NCBI GenBank assembly: GCA_021731695.1
Contig: JAKFWZ010000078.1
Span: forward strand, 25,073-89,072
Direction: 5' to 3'
Source: Candidatus Daviesbacteria bacterium
Lineage (GTDB): Bacteria; Patescibacteriota; Microgenomatia; Daviesbacterales; UBA10151
DNA: 64,000 nt
Shown here in pieces: positions 28,080-37,671 of this stretch. The notes beneath the pieces are model-generated. The model was not told the DNA's origin and ran no database searches. It was given only the letters and a program-made list of their open reading frames with translations. The translations under genes were made by a program, and so were the position numbers. Every line of letters starts with the position of its first letter. The stretch's first letter is position 1.

Positions 28080-28871
28080 ATGAAAAAAGATCTAAAACTT
28101 ACCTCATCATTATTTGTTGGCAGGTTCCAACCCTTTCACAAGGGGCATCAAACTTTAATAGAAACAGTTTTAAAAAAAGGCAAACCTGTGGTTATTGCTT
28201 TAAGAGATACAGAAATCTCTCATAAAAATCCTTATACAGTTCATGAAAGATGGTCCATGATTCAGAAAGCCCTTAAAAAATATGGCGAGCTTGTCAAAAT
28301 TGTAGTAATACCTGATATTGATGAAATTTGTTACGGCAGGGAAGTGGGCTATGACATCAGAAAAATAGATCTGGACGAGAGAACCGAAAGTATCTCCGGG
28401 ACAAAAACCAGAGAAAAAAACCCACCCACAAAACCCATCATCTGGCTGACTGGTCAATCAGGTGCAGGCAAATCAACTTTAGCTAATGCTCTCCAAAAAG
28501 AAATTGGGGGAGTAATCTTAGATGGGGATGAAATGAGGGAAACTATCTCTCAAGGCCTAGGCTTTTCAAAGATAGACAGGGAAACTCATAACTTAAAAGT
28601 AGCAAGTCTTGCTTTGATGCTTGCAAAAAAAAATATAGTTATAGTCTCAGTCATAGCTCCCTTTGCAGATACCAGAGTAAAAATAGATAAATTAATTAAA
28701 CCAATCTGGGTTTATGTTAAAAGAAAATTACCTAAAGATTCGAGTAAGCCTTATGAAGAACCTCGCGATCCTGATATAGGAGTCGAATCTGACAAACAAA
28801 CTACAGCTAAACAGGTAGCAGTAATAACTGAATTTCTTAAAAAAACTAACCATAAATTTGGTAACCTCTAA
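28080..28871 (+). CDS. Fusion: small HxGH nucleotidyltransferase domain plus adenylylsulfate (APS) kinase
   Basis: N-terminal domain has GRFQPFHKGH (cytidylyl/adenylyl-transferase superfamily). C-terminal domain has IWLTGQSGAGKST...LDGDEMR..GLGFS..DR..N..., the CysC signature. Confidence 0.7.
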   Translation: MKKDLKLTSSLFVGRFQPFHKGHQTLIETVLKKGKPVVIALRDTEISHKNPYTVHERWSMIQKALKKYGELVKIVVIPDIDEICYGREVGYDIRKIDLDERTESISGTKTREKNPPTKPIIWLTGQSGAGKSTLANALQKEIGGVILDGDEMRETISQGLGFSKIDRETHNLKVASLALMLAKKNIVIVSVIAPFADTRVKIDKLIKPIWVYVKRKLPKDSSKPYEEPRDPDIGVESDKQTTAKQVAVITEFLKKTNHKFGNL

Positions 28872-29329
28872 GGCGATACGGATGGCTGGACTTTAGTTGC
28901 TAAACTAGGTGCAGGTCTTGGTGAGGATTGCGGAGTCGTGTATTGAATAGAAACTACCTGGTATTTTCCATCCAACATCTCAAGACCTATAACCGCCTCT
29001 TTGTTAAGCTCGATAGTTGATAAATCTCCTTTAGATACCTTATTTGCGGGTGAAATAATTACTAATCCATATGCAGCTCCAAAGGTTTCAGATAAATTAT
29101 TGTTTGTGCTGGTAATTTTTAACTCTTCACTCAAAACTTGGATTATTTTGCCCCGAATATAGGCGTTTTGAGTAAAAAATAGTCTAGTGTCAACTTCAGG
29201 TTGTGCTTGCGGAGTTAGATTGACTGGAGCTGAATTATTACCCCAAATCAAAAATCCAATAATAACTCCGGCGAGAAAAAAAATTACAGATAAAAAATAA
29301 GGCATGCCTCTCTTTATTACATTTACCAT
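28868..29329 (-). CDS. Small anchored protein, paralog of 30174-30629
   Basis: Shared EAVIGLEMLDGKYQVVSIQY block. Confidence 0.45.
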   Translation of the reverse strand: MVNVIKRGMPYFLSVIFFLAGVIIGFLIWGNNSAPVNLTPQAQPEVDTRLFFTQNAYIRGKIIQVLSEELKITSTNNNLSETFGAAYGLVIISPANKVSKGDLSTIELNKEAVIGLEMLDGKYQVVSIQYTTPQSSPRPAPSLATKVQPSVSP

Positions 29330-29419
29330 ACTATATTTTTGCGCTAATTAGTTTTAGTTGTCAACCAAGGCCTTATTTATTATTCTAATGTAATGCTACA
29401 TCGTCTTAGATTGAGTAGT

Positions 29420-30085
29420 TCATGGGACTACTATTTGGGAAGAACTGGTTGCCTGTTGATTCGCGGTTGTGGCATTGCGGTTTAGTTTATGCATAATATT
29501 AATCCTATCCAGCTTTATAACTCCGGACTTTAGCCCCTTGCTGATTGTTATCCTAATTTGTTGGTATTGTTTTAGATCAGTAAGCTTAGCTTTAGCATAG
29601 TACTCTTTGCCTGGTATAACCTGGCCATTGATAGAAAATTTGGCATTTTGACCAAGAGCATAAAACTGAGTTTTACTATCTATTATAAATTTCTGGATCT
29701 CAGGATTTTTCTCCTGCAGGTCAGTTTTAAGTTCTGTTTGGTCACCGGCTTTTACAATATCTTTAACCACAGCATCTAGTATGTAAGTTGTGCGGGCTGA
29801 CTGAACATAAGATTCGTCTAGCGGAAATAGATATTGACCAGAATCAGTTTGATCATCTTTATTAAGAGTGGACGACTCAGGATAAAAATTTCTAACGATA
29901 ATAAAAGAGATTATCCCAGCTAATATTAACCCAATCAGAGTAAAGACTATAGCGAATATAACTTTATATTGTGATTTAGGAGCTTGTCCGATTTGTGTTT
30001 GTTCCGGATGAGAAGCGGGTAGGTTTGGCTGAATATTGGTAGTAGCAGGTTGCAAGACGCCGGAGGCAGAATTCTGATCAGCCAT
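29420..30085 (-). CDS. Small anchored protein
   Basis: TM helix VIFAIVFTLIGLILAGIISFIIV. Confidence 0.4.
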   Translation of the reverse strand: MADQNSASGVLQPATTNIQPNLPASHPEQTQIGQAPKSQYKVIFAIVFTLIGLILAGIISFIIVRNFYPESSTLNKDDQTDSGQYLFPLDESYVQSARTTYILDAVVKDIVKAGDQTELKTDLQEKNPEIQKFIIDSKTQFYALGQNAKFSINGQVIPGKEYYAKAKLTDLKQYQQIRITISKGLKSGVIKLDRINIMHKLNRNATTANQQATSSSQIVVP

Positions 30086-30173
30086 AATTTATTATGCTAT
30101 TAAGGTTAAGTTAAAATCAACTTTGTAGAATATTTGTAGCAGGGATCTGAAGTCTGAAGGCACAAGATTGACA

Positions 30174-30629
30174 TTAAAGGCTTTGTAACTGGGAGGATTG
30201 AGTTGCTGGTTTTAAGGCGGGCCTAAGAAGAGGTGGGGAAGCAGAAATATATTGTATAGTTACTGCCTGATAAGTTCCGTTAATCATTTCGAGCCCAATT
30301 AAAACCTCCTTACCTGCCTCAAGTACTGATAAATCTGATGTGGGCTTATTGTTTCCAGGGATGGTGATAATTATTCTGTCGGAGACTGCAACATTCCCGG
30401 AGATATTATTGTTCAAATTGGTAACTGCAAGATTTTTACCATTAATTTGATCAATTCTGCCACGGATATTTGCAATTTGCGAAGAATACAGAGGATTATC
30501 TATATTTATTTTAGTCTCCTGAATTACAGGCTGAGAAGGTGCGGGTTTGTTGTTTGCAAAAAAGCCCAAACCTATTCCGGCTAAGAATACAATTCCTGTG
30601 AATAAATAAAATCTAATATCTTTTGGCAT
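30174..30629 (-). CDS. Small anchored protein, paralog of 28868-29329
   Basis: Shared EVLIGLEMINGTYQAVTIQY block. Confidence 0.45.
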   Translation of the reverse strand: MPKDIRFYLFTGIVFLAGIGLGFFANNKPAPSQPVIQETKINIDNPLYSSQIANIRGRIDQINGKNLAVTNLNNNISGNVAVSDRIIITIPGNNKPTSDLSVLEAGKEVLIGLEMINGTYQAVTIQYISASPPLLRPALKPATQSSQLQSL

Positions 30630-30807
30630 AATATAATTCTTGCCTTAATTTCTAATGTTGTCAACCTTTAAAAGTAAGGTTCGTAGATAATTGAGTGAAG
30701 CAGAAAACTACGGATTTTAATTCGTGGGTTAAGTGAGTTTCCCCTGGAGAGGAGACTGTCCCGCTCGAGGTTTTAATTTCGCAAAATAAGCTGTTTTCGG
30801 GTAAAAT

Positions 30808-31020
30808 ATGCAGATGAAATTAAATGCAAAACAACTTCGTAATTCGTTATTAGTTAAGTCGTTAAAAAACAAAACGAAAAACGAAACAACGAAAAACGAG
30901 ATCTATATAATCTTAGACAATATTGTAGACACTTATAATATTGGTGCGATTTTCAGGCTGGCTGATGCAGTTGCAACTAAAAAAGCTTACCCTTGGGGAA
31001 AAATGGATTATTCTTCCTAG
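30808..31020 (+). pseudogene. Orphan 5' fragment of a SpoU/TrmH methyltransferase gene, about 88% identical to 31792-31965
   Basis: Encodes MKLNAKQLRNSLLVKSLKNKTKNETTKNEIYIILDNIVDTYNIGAIFRLADA, then diverges and stops. It is interrupted by the TA module. Confidence 0.65.
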
Positions 31021-31433
31021 GGTTCTTTGCGGATTATGTTAGTAATTTTATCAAAATCCTCATCGTAAGAGTAAATTGTCTTGGCTGTTGATTGTTGGGT
31101 AAGCACAGCGAGTATTGCATCTGTGAAGTCGATATTTTTATCAACATAATAATCCAATGCTTGAATGATGACTTGTTTATTCTCAACTTTAAAGTTTGGA
31201 TATCGCAACAGAGGAACTAATAAATCCCTTATCTTGTGTTTGGGCAAATTGTAGAGATTGGGGGATGAAAGTACAAAAACTGCATCAGCAATGACAGTTT
31301 CAGGCGCAGATAAAATTAATTCACCTCCTGAGGCCTTTTCAAAAAGAACTGTCGAATCTTTACGTCTACGCTCATCATCACCGGTTAGAAGTCTAATAAT
31401 TACATTTGTATCAACATATGAATCATTTGCCAT
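31017..31433 (-). CDS. vapC: PIN-domain toxin (VapC-like)
   Basis: Motifs YVDTNVIIRLL...TDAILA...YDEDFD. Confidence 0.7.
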   Translation of the reverse strand: MANDSYVDTNVIIRLLTGDDERRRKDSTVLFEKASGGELILSAPETVIADAVFVLSSPNLYNLPKHKIRDLLVPLLRYPNFKVENKQVIIQALDYYVDKNIDFTDAILAVLTQQSTAKTIYSYDEDFDKITNIIRKEP

Positions 31434-31740
31434 ATTTCTCTTTTAAATAATCCTCACGGGCTATATTTCGCACTTGCTTCCAAGGAAGGGGTTTTTTGAG
31501 TTTTCCTGCACCACCACTTAAGGATTTAATGTCAGGATATTTGGCAGGTGTCACCTGGACTAAGCCGCCTGGGCTGATAACAAAAGCCACTTTATCATTA
31601 GTATCTACTCCTAAATGTTTACGTACCTCAATAGGAATAGTTATTTGTCCTTTACTGCTTAATGTAGTGACTAATTGTTTAGAATGGGTATTTTGTAGCA
31701 TGAGTAAGAATATATTATCATTGTCCTTACTTACCGTCAA
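31423..31740 (-). CDS. AbrB/MazE/SpoVT-fold antitoxin
   Basis: Motif SSKGQITIPIEVRKHLGV. The likely start is Met14. Confidence 0.6.
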   Translation of the reverse strand: MTVSKDNDNIFLLMLQNTHSKQLVTTLSSKGQITIPIEVRKHLGVDTNDKVAFVISPGGLVQVTPAKYPDIKSLSGGAGKLKKPLPWKQVRNIAREDYLKEKYGK

Positions 31741-31789
31741 TAGGTAAAGAATTTGATAAAATTATGCTATTATACAATTTACAATATTT

Positions 31790-32332
31790 ATGAAACTTAA
31801 TGCAAAACAACTTCGTAATTCGTTATTCGCTAAGTCGCTGAAAAAGAAAACGAAAAACGAAACAACGAAAAACGAAATTTATATTGTTTTAGATAATATT
31901 CTGGACACTTATAATATTGGTGCGATTTTCAGGCTGGCTGATGCTATTGCCGCAAAAAAAGTTATGATTTGTGGTGATTCAGAAATTCCGCCAAACCACA
32001 GAATTAAAAAAGCCTCAATTAATACTACAGAAGTTGTGGACTGGAGCTATTCAGAAACAACGGCTGAGGCCATAAAAAATTTGCGTAAAACTGTTTCAGG
32101 GATTCAAATTGTAGCTATAGAGCAGGCGGAAAATTCAATTCGTTATGATGAATTTGAATATAAATTTCCGATAGCTTTAATCGTGGGGCATGAAACCGAC
32201 GGTATTTCTAAAGAGGTTTTGGATGAGTGCGATGGGATTGTAGAAATGCCAATGTATGGAATAAATATCAGTTTAAATGTAATGGTTTCACTGGCGATTG
32301 TTCTGTATAAAGCACTGGAGAAAATTCAGTAA
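31790..32332 (+). CDS. SpoU/TrmH-class RNA 2'-O-methyltransferase
   Basis: Motifs IVLDNILDTYNIGAIFRLADA and IVGHETDGIS. Confidence 0.7.
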   Translation: MKLNAKQLRNSLFAKSLKKKTKNETTKNEIYIVLDNILDTYNIGAIFRLADAIAAKKVMICGDSEIPPNHRIKKASINTTEVVDWSYSETTAEAIKNLRKTVSGIQIVAIEQAENSIRYDEFEYKFPIALIVGHETDGISKEVLDECDGIVEMPMYGINISLNVMVSLAIVLYKALEKIQ

Positions 32333-32363
32333 ATCTGGATTAGTACTATGGTACAATCCCGTT

Positions 32364-32603
32364 ATGACAAGAATTATTATAGATCCCAAGATTATGCTGG
32401 GTAAACCAATAGTAGCCGGGACCAGAATAACAGTAGAGCAGATTCTGAGGCTGTTAGCGCAGAAATTAACTATTAAAGATATTTTAGAAGATTTCCCCCA
32501 GCTTAAAGAAGCTGATGTTAAAGCAGCTGTAGAATATGCTGCAAAAAGAGTTGCAGAGCCGGAGCCCGACGCTATACGCTACCTGCATGAAATTCATCAC
32601 TGA
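32364..32603 (+). CDS. DUF433 antitoxin-like protein
   Basis: Motif IIIDPKIMLGKPIVAGTRITVEQIL. Confidence 0.55.
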   Translation: MTRIIIDPKIMLGKPIVAGTRITVEQILRLLAQKLTIKDILEDFPQLKEADVKAAVEYAAKRVAEPEPDAIRYLHEIHH

Positions 32604-32910
32604 TGAAAACCTGGGGGTCCGGATACCCCGATTCCTTAAGAGTCTGGGCTTCGATATTATCTCCGTAACGGAAGTTGCATTAAGTCACCCTGACACTGAT
32701 GTTTTGGCACTAGCCAATAAAGAAAATAGAATTCTTCTGACGACAGATAAAGATTTTGGCGAACTGGTTTTCAAAGAAAAACTGATTCATTCCGGCGTAA
32801 TACTGCTTAGGTTAAAAGATGAATCGGTTGAGAATAAAAAAAGGGTGTTGTTGCGGGAGTTAAAATCAGGTAAAAATTTTGAAGGAAAATTTACTAGAGT
32901 TAGGGATTAA
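32587..32910 (+). CDS. DUF5615 PIN-like toxin partner
   Basis: Motif MKFITDENLGVRIPRFLKSLGFDI...ILLTTDKDF. Confidence 0.55.
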   Translation: MKFITDENLGVRIPRFLKSLGFDIISVTEVALSHPDTDVLALANKENRILLTTDKDFGELVFKEKLIHSGVILLRLKDESVENKKRVLLRELKSGKNFEGKFTRVRD

Positions 32911-32983
32911 ATGATTTTAAACCCGGAGTCAAAAATATATCCGGCTGGTATATTGCGTATCCGATCAGGAAAAACAGCGAGAT

Positions 32984-33991
32984 TTAACGGATAATCAATT
33001 TTTCGGATAAAGAATTACCTGATTCAATTCTTAAAATTGCCTCAGCGACTAATTCTGCAATGCTAACAACTTCAACTTTAGGGCAATCTAAAACTTTTTC
33101 TGGTTGAGGAAGAGTATCAGTGATTAATATTTTTTCAATCGGGGAATTAACTATTTTTTCTAAAGCGCCTTCGGTAAATACTCCGTGAGTAACAGCAGCC
33201 CAGATTTTGCTTGCACCCTTATCTTTAATTAATTGTGCAGCATTACATAAAGTTCCGGCGGTTGTAACCATATCATCAGCAAGTAAAACTTCCTTTCCGG
33301 CAACATCTCCGATAATATCTAATGCTTCTGATTGATCCTGACTCATGACATCGCGGACTTTATAAACAATCGCAACGCCTTTGGCATCAAGCCTTTTTGC
33401 ATAGGCTGTAGCAGTTGGCACGCCGCCTTTATCTGGAGAGGCAACAACTAAGTCGTTAAATTTTTCTTTTTCGAGCCTTGGGATCATGGAATAACTTGAA
33501 TAAAGATTATCCCAGGGAGCTTTTACAAATCCCTGAAGCTGTTCTGAGTGAATATCAATTGTACAGATTTTATCAGCGCCTGCAAATTCAATAGCCCTTG
33601 CCATAACAGAAGAGCTGATTGGGACCCTCGGACGATCTTTTCGGTCTTGTCTTGCGTATCCAAAATAGGGAATCATTACGATAATTTCTTGAGCTGAAGC
33701 TCTTTTTGCTGCATCAATCATCAGTAAAAGTTCAACAATATGGCTATTGATGTCCGGAGGACAAGTCGATTGCAAAATTACAACACTTCCTCTTCTGATA
33801 TTAATTGGGATCTGAACTCTGATTTCACCGTCTGCAAATTTGGTAATAGGGTTATAAACCGCAGTGTTTAAAAGTTTTGCGACTTTTTTTGCAAGTTCAG
33901 GATTGGAGTTACCAGAAAGGAGAACGAAATCTCCGTTGCCTTTTAGAAGTTCTTCGTCAGAAATTATTGTTACATCAGAGTTCTGAGGCAT
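32984..33991 (-). CDS. prs: Ribose-phosphate pyrophosphokinase
   Basis: Motifs LLSGNSNPELAKKVAK, MIPYFGYARQDRK and VVASPDKGGV. Confidence 0.9.
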   Translation of the reverse strand: MPQNSDVTIISDEELLKGNGDFVLLSGNSNPELAKKVAKLLNTAVYNPITKFADGEIRVQIPINIRRGSVVILQSTCPPDINSHIVELLLMIDAAKRASAQEIIVMIPYFGYARQDRKDRPRVPISSSVMARAIEFAGADKICTIDIHSEQLQGFVKAPWDNLYSSYSMIPRLEKEKFNDLVVASPDKGGVPTATAYAKRLDAKGVAIVYKVRDVMSQDQSEALDIIGDVAGKEVLLADDMVTTAGTLCNAAQLIKDKGASKIWAAVTHGVFTEGALEKIVNSPIEKILITDTLPQPEKVLDCPKVEVVSIAELVAEAILRIESGNSLSEKLIIR

Positions 33992-34134
33992 GTTGCGATA
34001 TTATATTACACTTATGCCTAGCTTTCAAATTGACAAATCAGATTAAAATTTCAAAATCTGATTTGTCATCCCGAACTTAAGAGTGCAACTCGCAAGCTTT
34101 GCTTATTTCGGGATCCCATAGGATTAGCCCGTAA

Positions 34135-35028
34135 CTATGGTTTTAAGTTCGGAAGAAATAGCGCGTAATCGAGTCCGTTAACAGTACCGTCGCCGTTTAA
34201 ATCCGCTTTTTTCTTTAAATCTGTATCAAGCTCATTGCCCCATGCGCTATAAACAACAGAGAGATCGATGCTATTAATTAACGAGTCAGAATTGAAATCA
34301 AACGATGCGGCAGAGGAACTTGCTACAGGATTACGGGAGGCTAAAGGGCGTGAGGTAGCAAGTGGTTTTATTGAGGCTGAAGCAGAGGCTTGAAGAGATT
34401 GAGGGGGGTTTGGGGCTGCGCTTTTAACAGAGACTATGGCATTTTGGACAGGAGCTAAAGAGTTTGTCGTGCTGCCAAGAATATTTATCTGTGTTTGGGA
34501 ATTGTCCAGTGAGATAATTGTTGAGGGCGCTGCTTTTTTTGAAGTAAAACTCAAAGTTGCGACTACTCCGGAACCTGAAATTCCGGCATTGCCATCTGTC
34601 CCCAAGGAAACTGATGCAGAGCCCGGGGCCATTACCGGCGCAATTAAAACTTTGGGCAAAAACTCTTTGGGTGTTATGCTTGTCAACTCTAAAATTTCAG
34701 GATCATATTTTATGGCCAGCTTAGCGCTGGTGATTTGATTGTTATTGGCGTTTGCAAAAATATCAATGCTAAATTTATCTCCAACTTTAGTGTCCGTAGC
34801 CGGTGGTTTAAAGGAGAGATCTGTAGGAGTTAAGTTTGCCTGGGTTTGAGTCTGCTGAGGTCTCTGGGTCAAATAGACTCCTGCTCCAACCCCGACAACC
34901 AATAAAAATACAGCAGTTAAGGAGCCTAAAATTTTGGGATTTAAAATACTGTTTTTAAAAATGCTTTTATTTTTATAGCTTTCAGCTGAGATGACGATTG
35001 GTTTATCTTTGGAAGGTATGATTTGCAT
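34135..35028 (-). CDS. Anchored surface protein with cohesin-like domain and C-terminal dockerin-like EF-hand pair
   Basis: N-terminal TM helix. Block DKFSIDIFANANNNQITSAKLAIKYDPEILEL. C-terminus DLNGDGTVNGLDYALFL. Confidence 0.5.
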   Translation of the reverse strand: MQIIPSKDKPIVISAESYKNKSIFKNSILNPKILGSLTAVFLLVVGVGAGVYLTQRPQQTQTQANLTPTDLSFKPPATDTKVGDKFSIDIFANANNNQITSAKLAIKYDPEILELTSITPKEFLPKVLIAPVMAPGSASVSLGTDGNAGISGSGVVATLSFTSKKAAPSTIISLDNSQTQINILGSTTNSLAPVQNAIVSVKSAAPNPPQSLQASASASIKPLATSRPLASRNPVASSSAASFDFNSDSLINSIDLSVVYSAWGNELDTDLKKKADLNGDGTVNGLDYALFLPNLKP

Positions 35029-35112
35029 AAATCCAGTATAGCCCTAAAAAAAATGAACTGCCAGATATTAAGAATCTCCGGTATCTTTCGGAATAAAATG
35101 AAAAGAGGGGAA

Positions 35113-35220
35113 GGGTCTTGACCCCGTACGAAGCATGTTCATTAATTTAGAGTGTTAATGATTTGTTAAGCCAACATTTAGCGCATTATTTTAAATGCAT
35201 AAACTTCGTACGGGGTTGAC
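35113..35220 (+). promoter_or_regulatory. Long imperfect hairpin H1 (about 20-bp stem, about 60-nt loop) ending in TTGACA
   Basis: Left arm cttgaccccgtacgaagcatg. Right arm cataaacttcgtacggggttgaca. Confidence 0.4.
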
Positions 35221-35251
35221 AGGTGGATGCATAATAATAATGTAATTCTCT

Positions 35252-35659
35252 ATGCCAAACCAATCCCAAAAACTAAGTCAGTCTGGAATCGATCATACAA
35301 TCATTGTGGTTTACAGTCTGCCTGTTAACGAAATGCGTTTAGGGGGCGCTGTGATAAAAGCCGGACATTCTGCGGGAATGGAACTTTCGGGAACTGCTGC
35401 TACAATTTTTCGAAATAGAGGGCATCGGGTCGAGATTGTAAAAACTTCAAGAATGCTGGTTTCAAATCCTGACCCAAATCTTGTAGGAGTTTACCTGGAA
35501 ACTGAGAATACCTTTGTTTCTTCTCAGGAAGAAGTTAATCATGAAACAAGAAAAGGAAGTGGTAGATTTATAACAACGATACTCACGACTTTAGAGAGGG
35601 TTGAAGGAATGGACGAATTGAGAGGCTTATCCGAGCAGCAATTATTGAAAGCAGTATAA
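35252..35659 (+). CDS. Hypothetical 135-aa ORF bracketed by hairpins H1 and H2
   Basis: ORF with no motif. It may be non-coding. Confidence 0.25.
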   Translation: MPNQSQKLSQSGIDHTIIVVYSLPVNEMRLGGAVIKAGHSAGMELSGTAATIFRNRGHRVEIVKTSRMLVSNPDPNLVGVYLETENTFVSSQEEVNHETRKGSGRFITTILTTLERVEGMDELRGLSEQQLLKAV

Positions 35660-35682
35660 TTCAATCTTCTTGATGAGGCAGT

Positions 35683-35790
35683 GTGTGCCTGACCCCGTTA
35701 GAAGTATAGTCATGATATTGAAAAAGTTGATCAACGTAATCAGTTCTTATTTCGGATTATGTTAAGTCAACATACTTCGAACGGGGTTGA
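35683..35790 (+). promoter_or_regulatory. Hairpin H2 homologous to H1, ending in a TTGACA-N17-TTAAAAT promoter-like box
   Basis: Left arm cctgaccccgttagaagtatag. Right arm atacttcgaacggggttgaca, followed by tagcttgcgagcctctg and ttaaaat. Confidence 0.4.
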
Positions 35791-35997
35791 CATAGCTTGC
35801 GAGCCTCTGTTAAAATCTACTTTACCTTTAAATCCATGAGGATTAGGTTAGACTGGAGAAAGTTTCTATCAAGTAATACTACTTACAGTTGAATATTTAG
35901 TTATGGGTAATGAGTTATGAGTGATGAGTTTTCTCGTAACACATAACTCAAAGCAAGCCATAAGGCTAGCGCACTCATCACTAAAAAGCACCTTAAC

Positions 35998-36031
35998 AAC
36001 CGAAAGACAACATTCACTCTTTCGGTTTTTT
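35998..36031 (+). terminator. Rho-independent terminator
   Basis: accgaaag(acaacattcact)ctttcggt followed by TTTTTT. Confidence 0.55.
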
Positions 36032-36341
36032 CTTGCGTAAAAGTAGGAAAAAGACCTGTCGATACTATCTAACCGGATAGCTTCGACTCCAAAAGAGTGG
36101 TGGGAAAAAACACGATCAATTAAATGATTGTGAGACAAGAGTATAAGTTTCATGAAAGTGAAGCCAAGCTCTGTCAATTCCAAATTTTAGTAAGCAAAGC
36201 TTGCGATAGTTCCGGCTAACGCCGTGTAACTATCTAAGTAATACTTACTTCGAAAACAATAAATCGAAATTTCACTTTCACAAGTGATACAGCGTTTTAG
36301 AGTTGGAAAAACTTTTTAAGTGTTTTAAAAACACTTTATTT

Positions 36342-36384
<43 letters not shown>

Positions 36385-36589
36385 TAAGCATGCAAGTCGA
36401 ACGATCTGTAGCAATACAGGTAGTGGCGGACGGTCGAGTAACGCGTGGGGATCTGCCTTAAAGTTGGACATAGCTCATCGAAAGGTGGGGTAATTTCCAA
36501 TGTGAACGTAAGTTCAAAGCCGCAAGGCGCTTTAAGATGAACCCGCGTCCTATCAGCTAGTTGGTGGGGTAAAAGCCTACCAAGGCATC

Positions 36590-36621
<32 letters not shown>

Positions 36622-37159
36622 GGAATAGCACTGAGACACGGGCTATACATCTACGGATGGCAGCAACTGGGAATCTTGCGCAATGGGGGAAACCCTGACG
36701 CAGCGACGCCGCGTGGAGGATTGAAGGCCCTCGGGTTGTAAACTCCTTTTGACTGGGAAGATTATGACTGTACCAGTAGAATAAGCACCTGCTAACTACG
36801 TGCCAGAAGCCTCGGTAATACGTAGGGTGCAAGCGTTATCCGGATTTATTGGGCGTAAAGTGTTGCGTAGGCTGATTTGCGCATTTTGTTTAAAAGGCTA
36901 AGGCTTAACCTTAGTTTTGGGCAAAATATGGCAAATCTTGATGGTTTAAGAGGGTACTGGAACTTAACATGTAGCAGTGAAATGCGTTGATATGTTAAGG
37001 AACACCAAAGGCGTAGGCAGGTACCTGGGAAACTCATGACGCTGAGGCACGACAGCTAGGGGAGCGAAGCAGATTAGAGACCTGCGTAGTCCTAGCCGTA
37101 AACGATGAATGCTAGTTAGTCCCTCTTTTGGGACCGACGTAAGGTAACCCGTTAAGCAT

Positions 37160-37210
<51 letters not shown>

Positions 37211-37671
37211 AGGCGCACAAGCAGTGGAGCATGTGGTTTAATTCGATACAAAGCGAAAAACCTCACCAGGGTTTGACATGTAGTTGCTAAGCCTAAGAAA
37301 CTAGGCCTCCTTCGAGGGTACTACACAGATGGTGCATGGCTGTCGTCAGCTCGTGGCGTGAGCTGTACCGTTAAGTCGGGTAACGAGCGCAACCCGCATC
37401 GTATGTTAAATAATTCATACGAAACAGCCCCAATTTTTGGGGAGGAAGGCGCGGATGACGTCAAGTCAGCACGCCTCTTACACCCTGGGCTACACACATC
37501 CTACAATGGCGAATAACAACGAGTTGCAAGCCGGTAACGGCAAGCTAATCTCTAAAATTTCGCCCCAGTTCAGATTGAGGGCTGCAATTTGCCCTCATGA
37601 AGTCGGAATTGCTAGTAATCGCGAATCAGCAGGTCGCGGTGAATACGTTCTCGCCTCTTGTACACACCGCC

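Noticed and set aside
35252-35659. IS200/IS605-type TnpA between the two hairpins
   Set aside because: The protein has no HUH motif or catalytic Tyr pattern. It is kept only as a low-confidence hypothetical.
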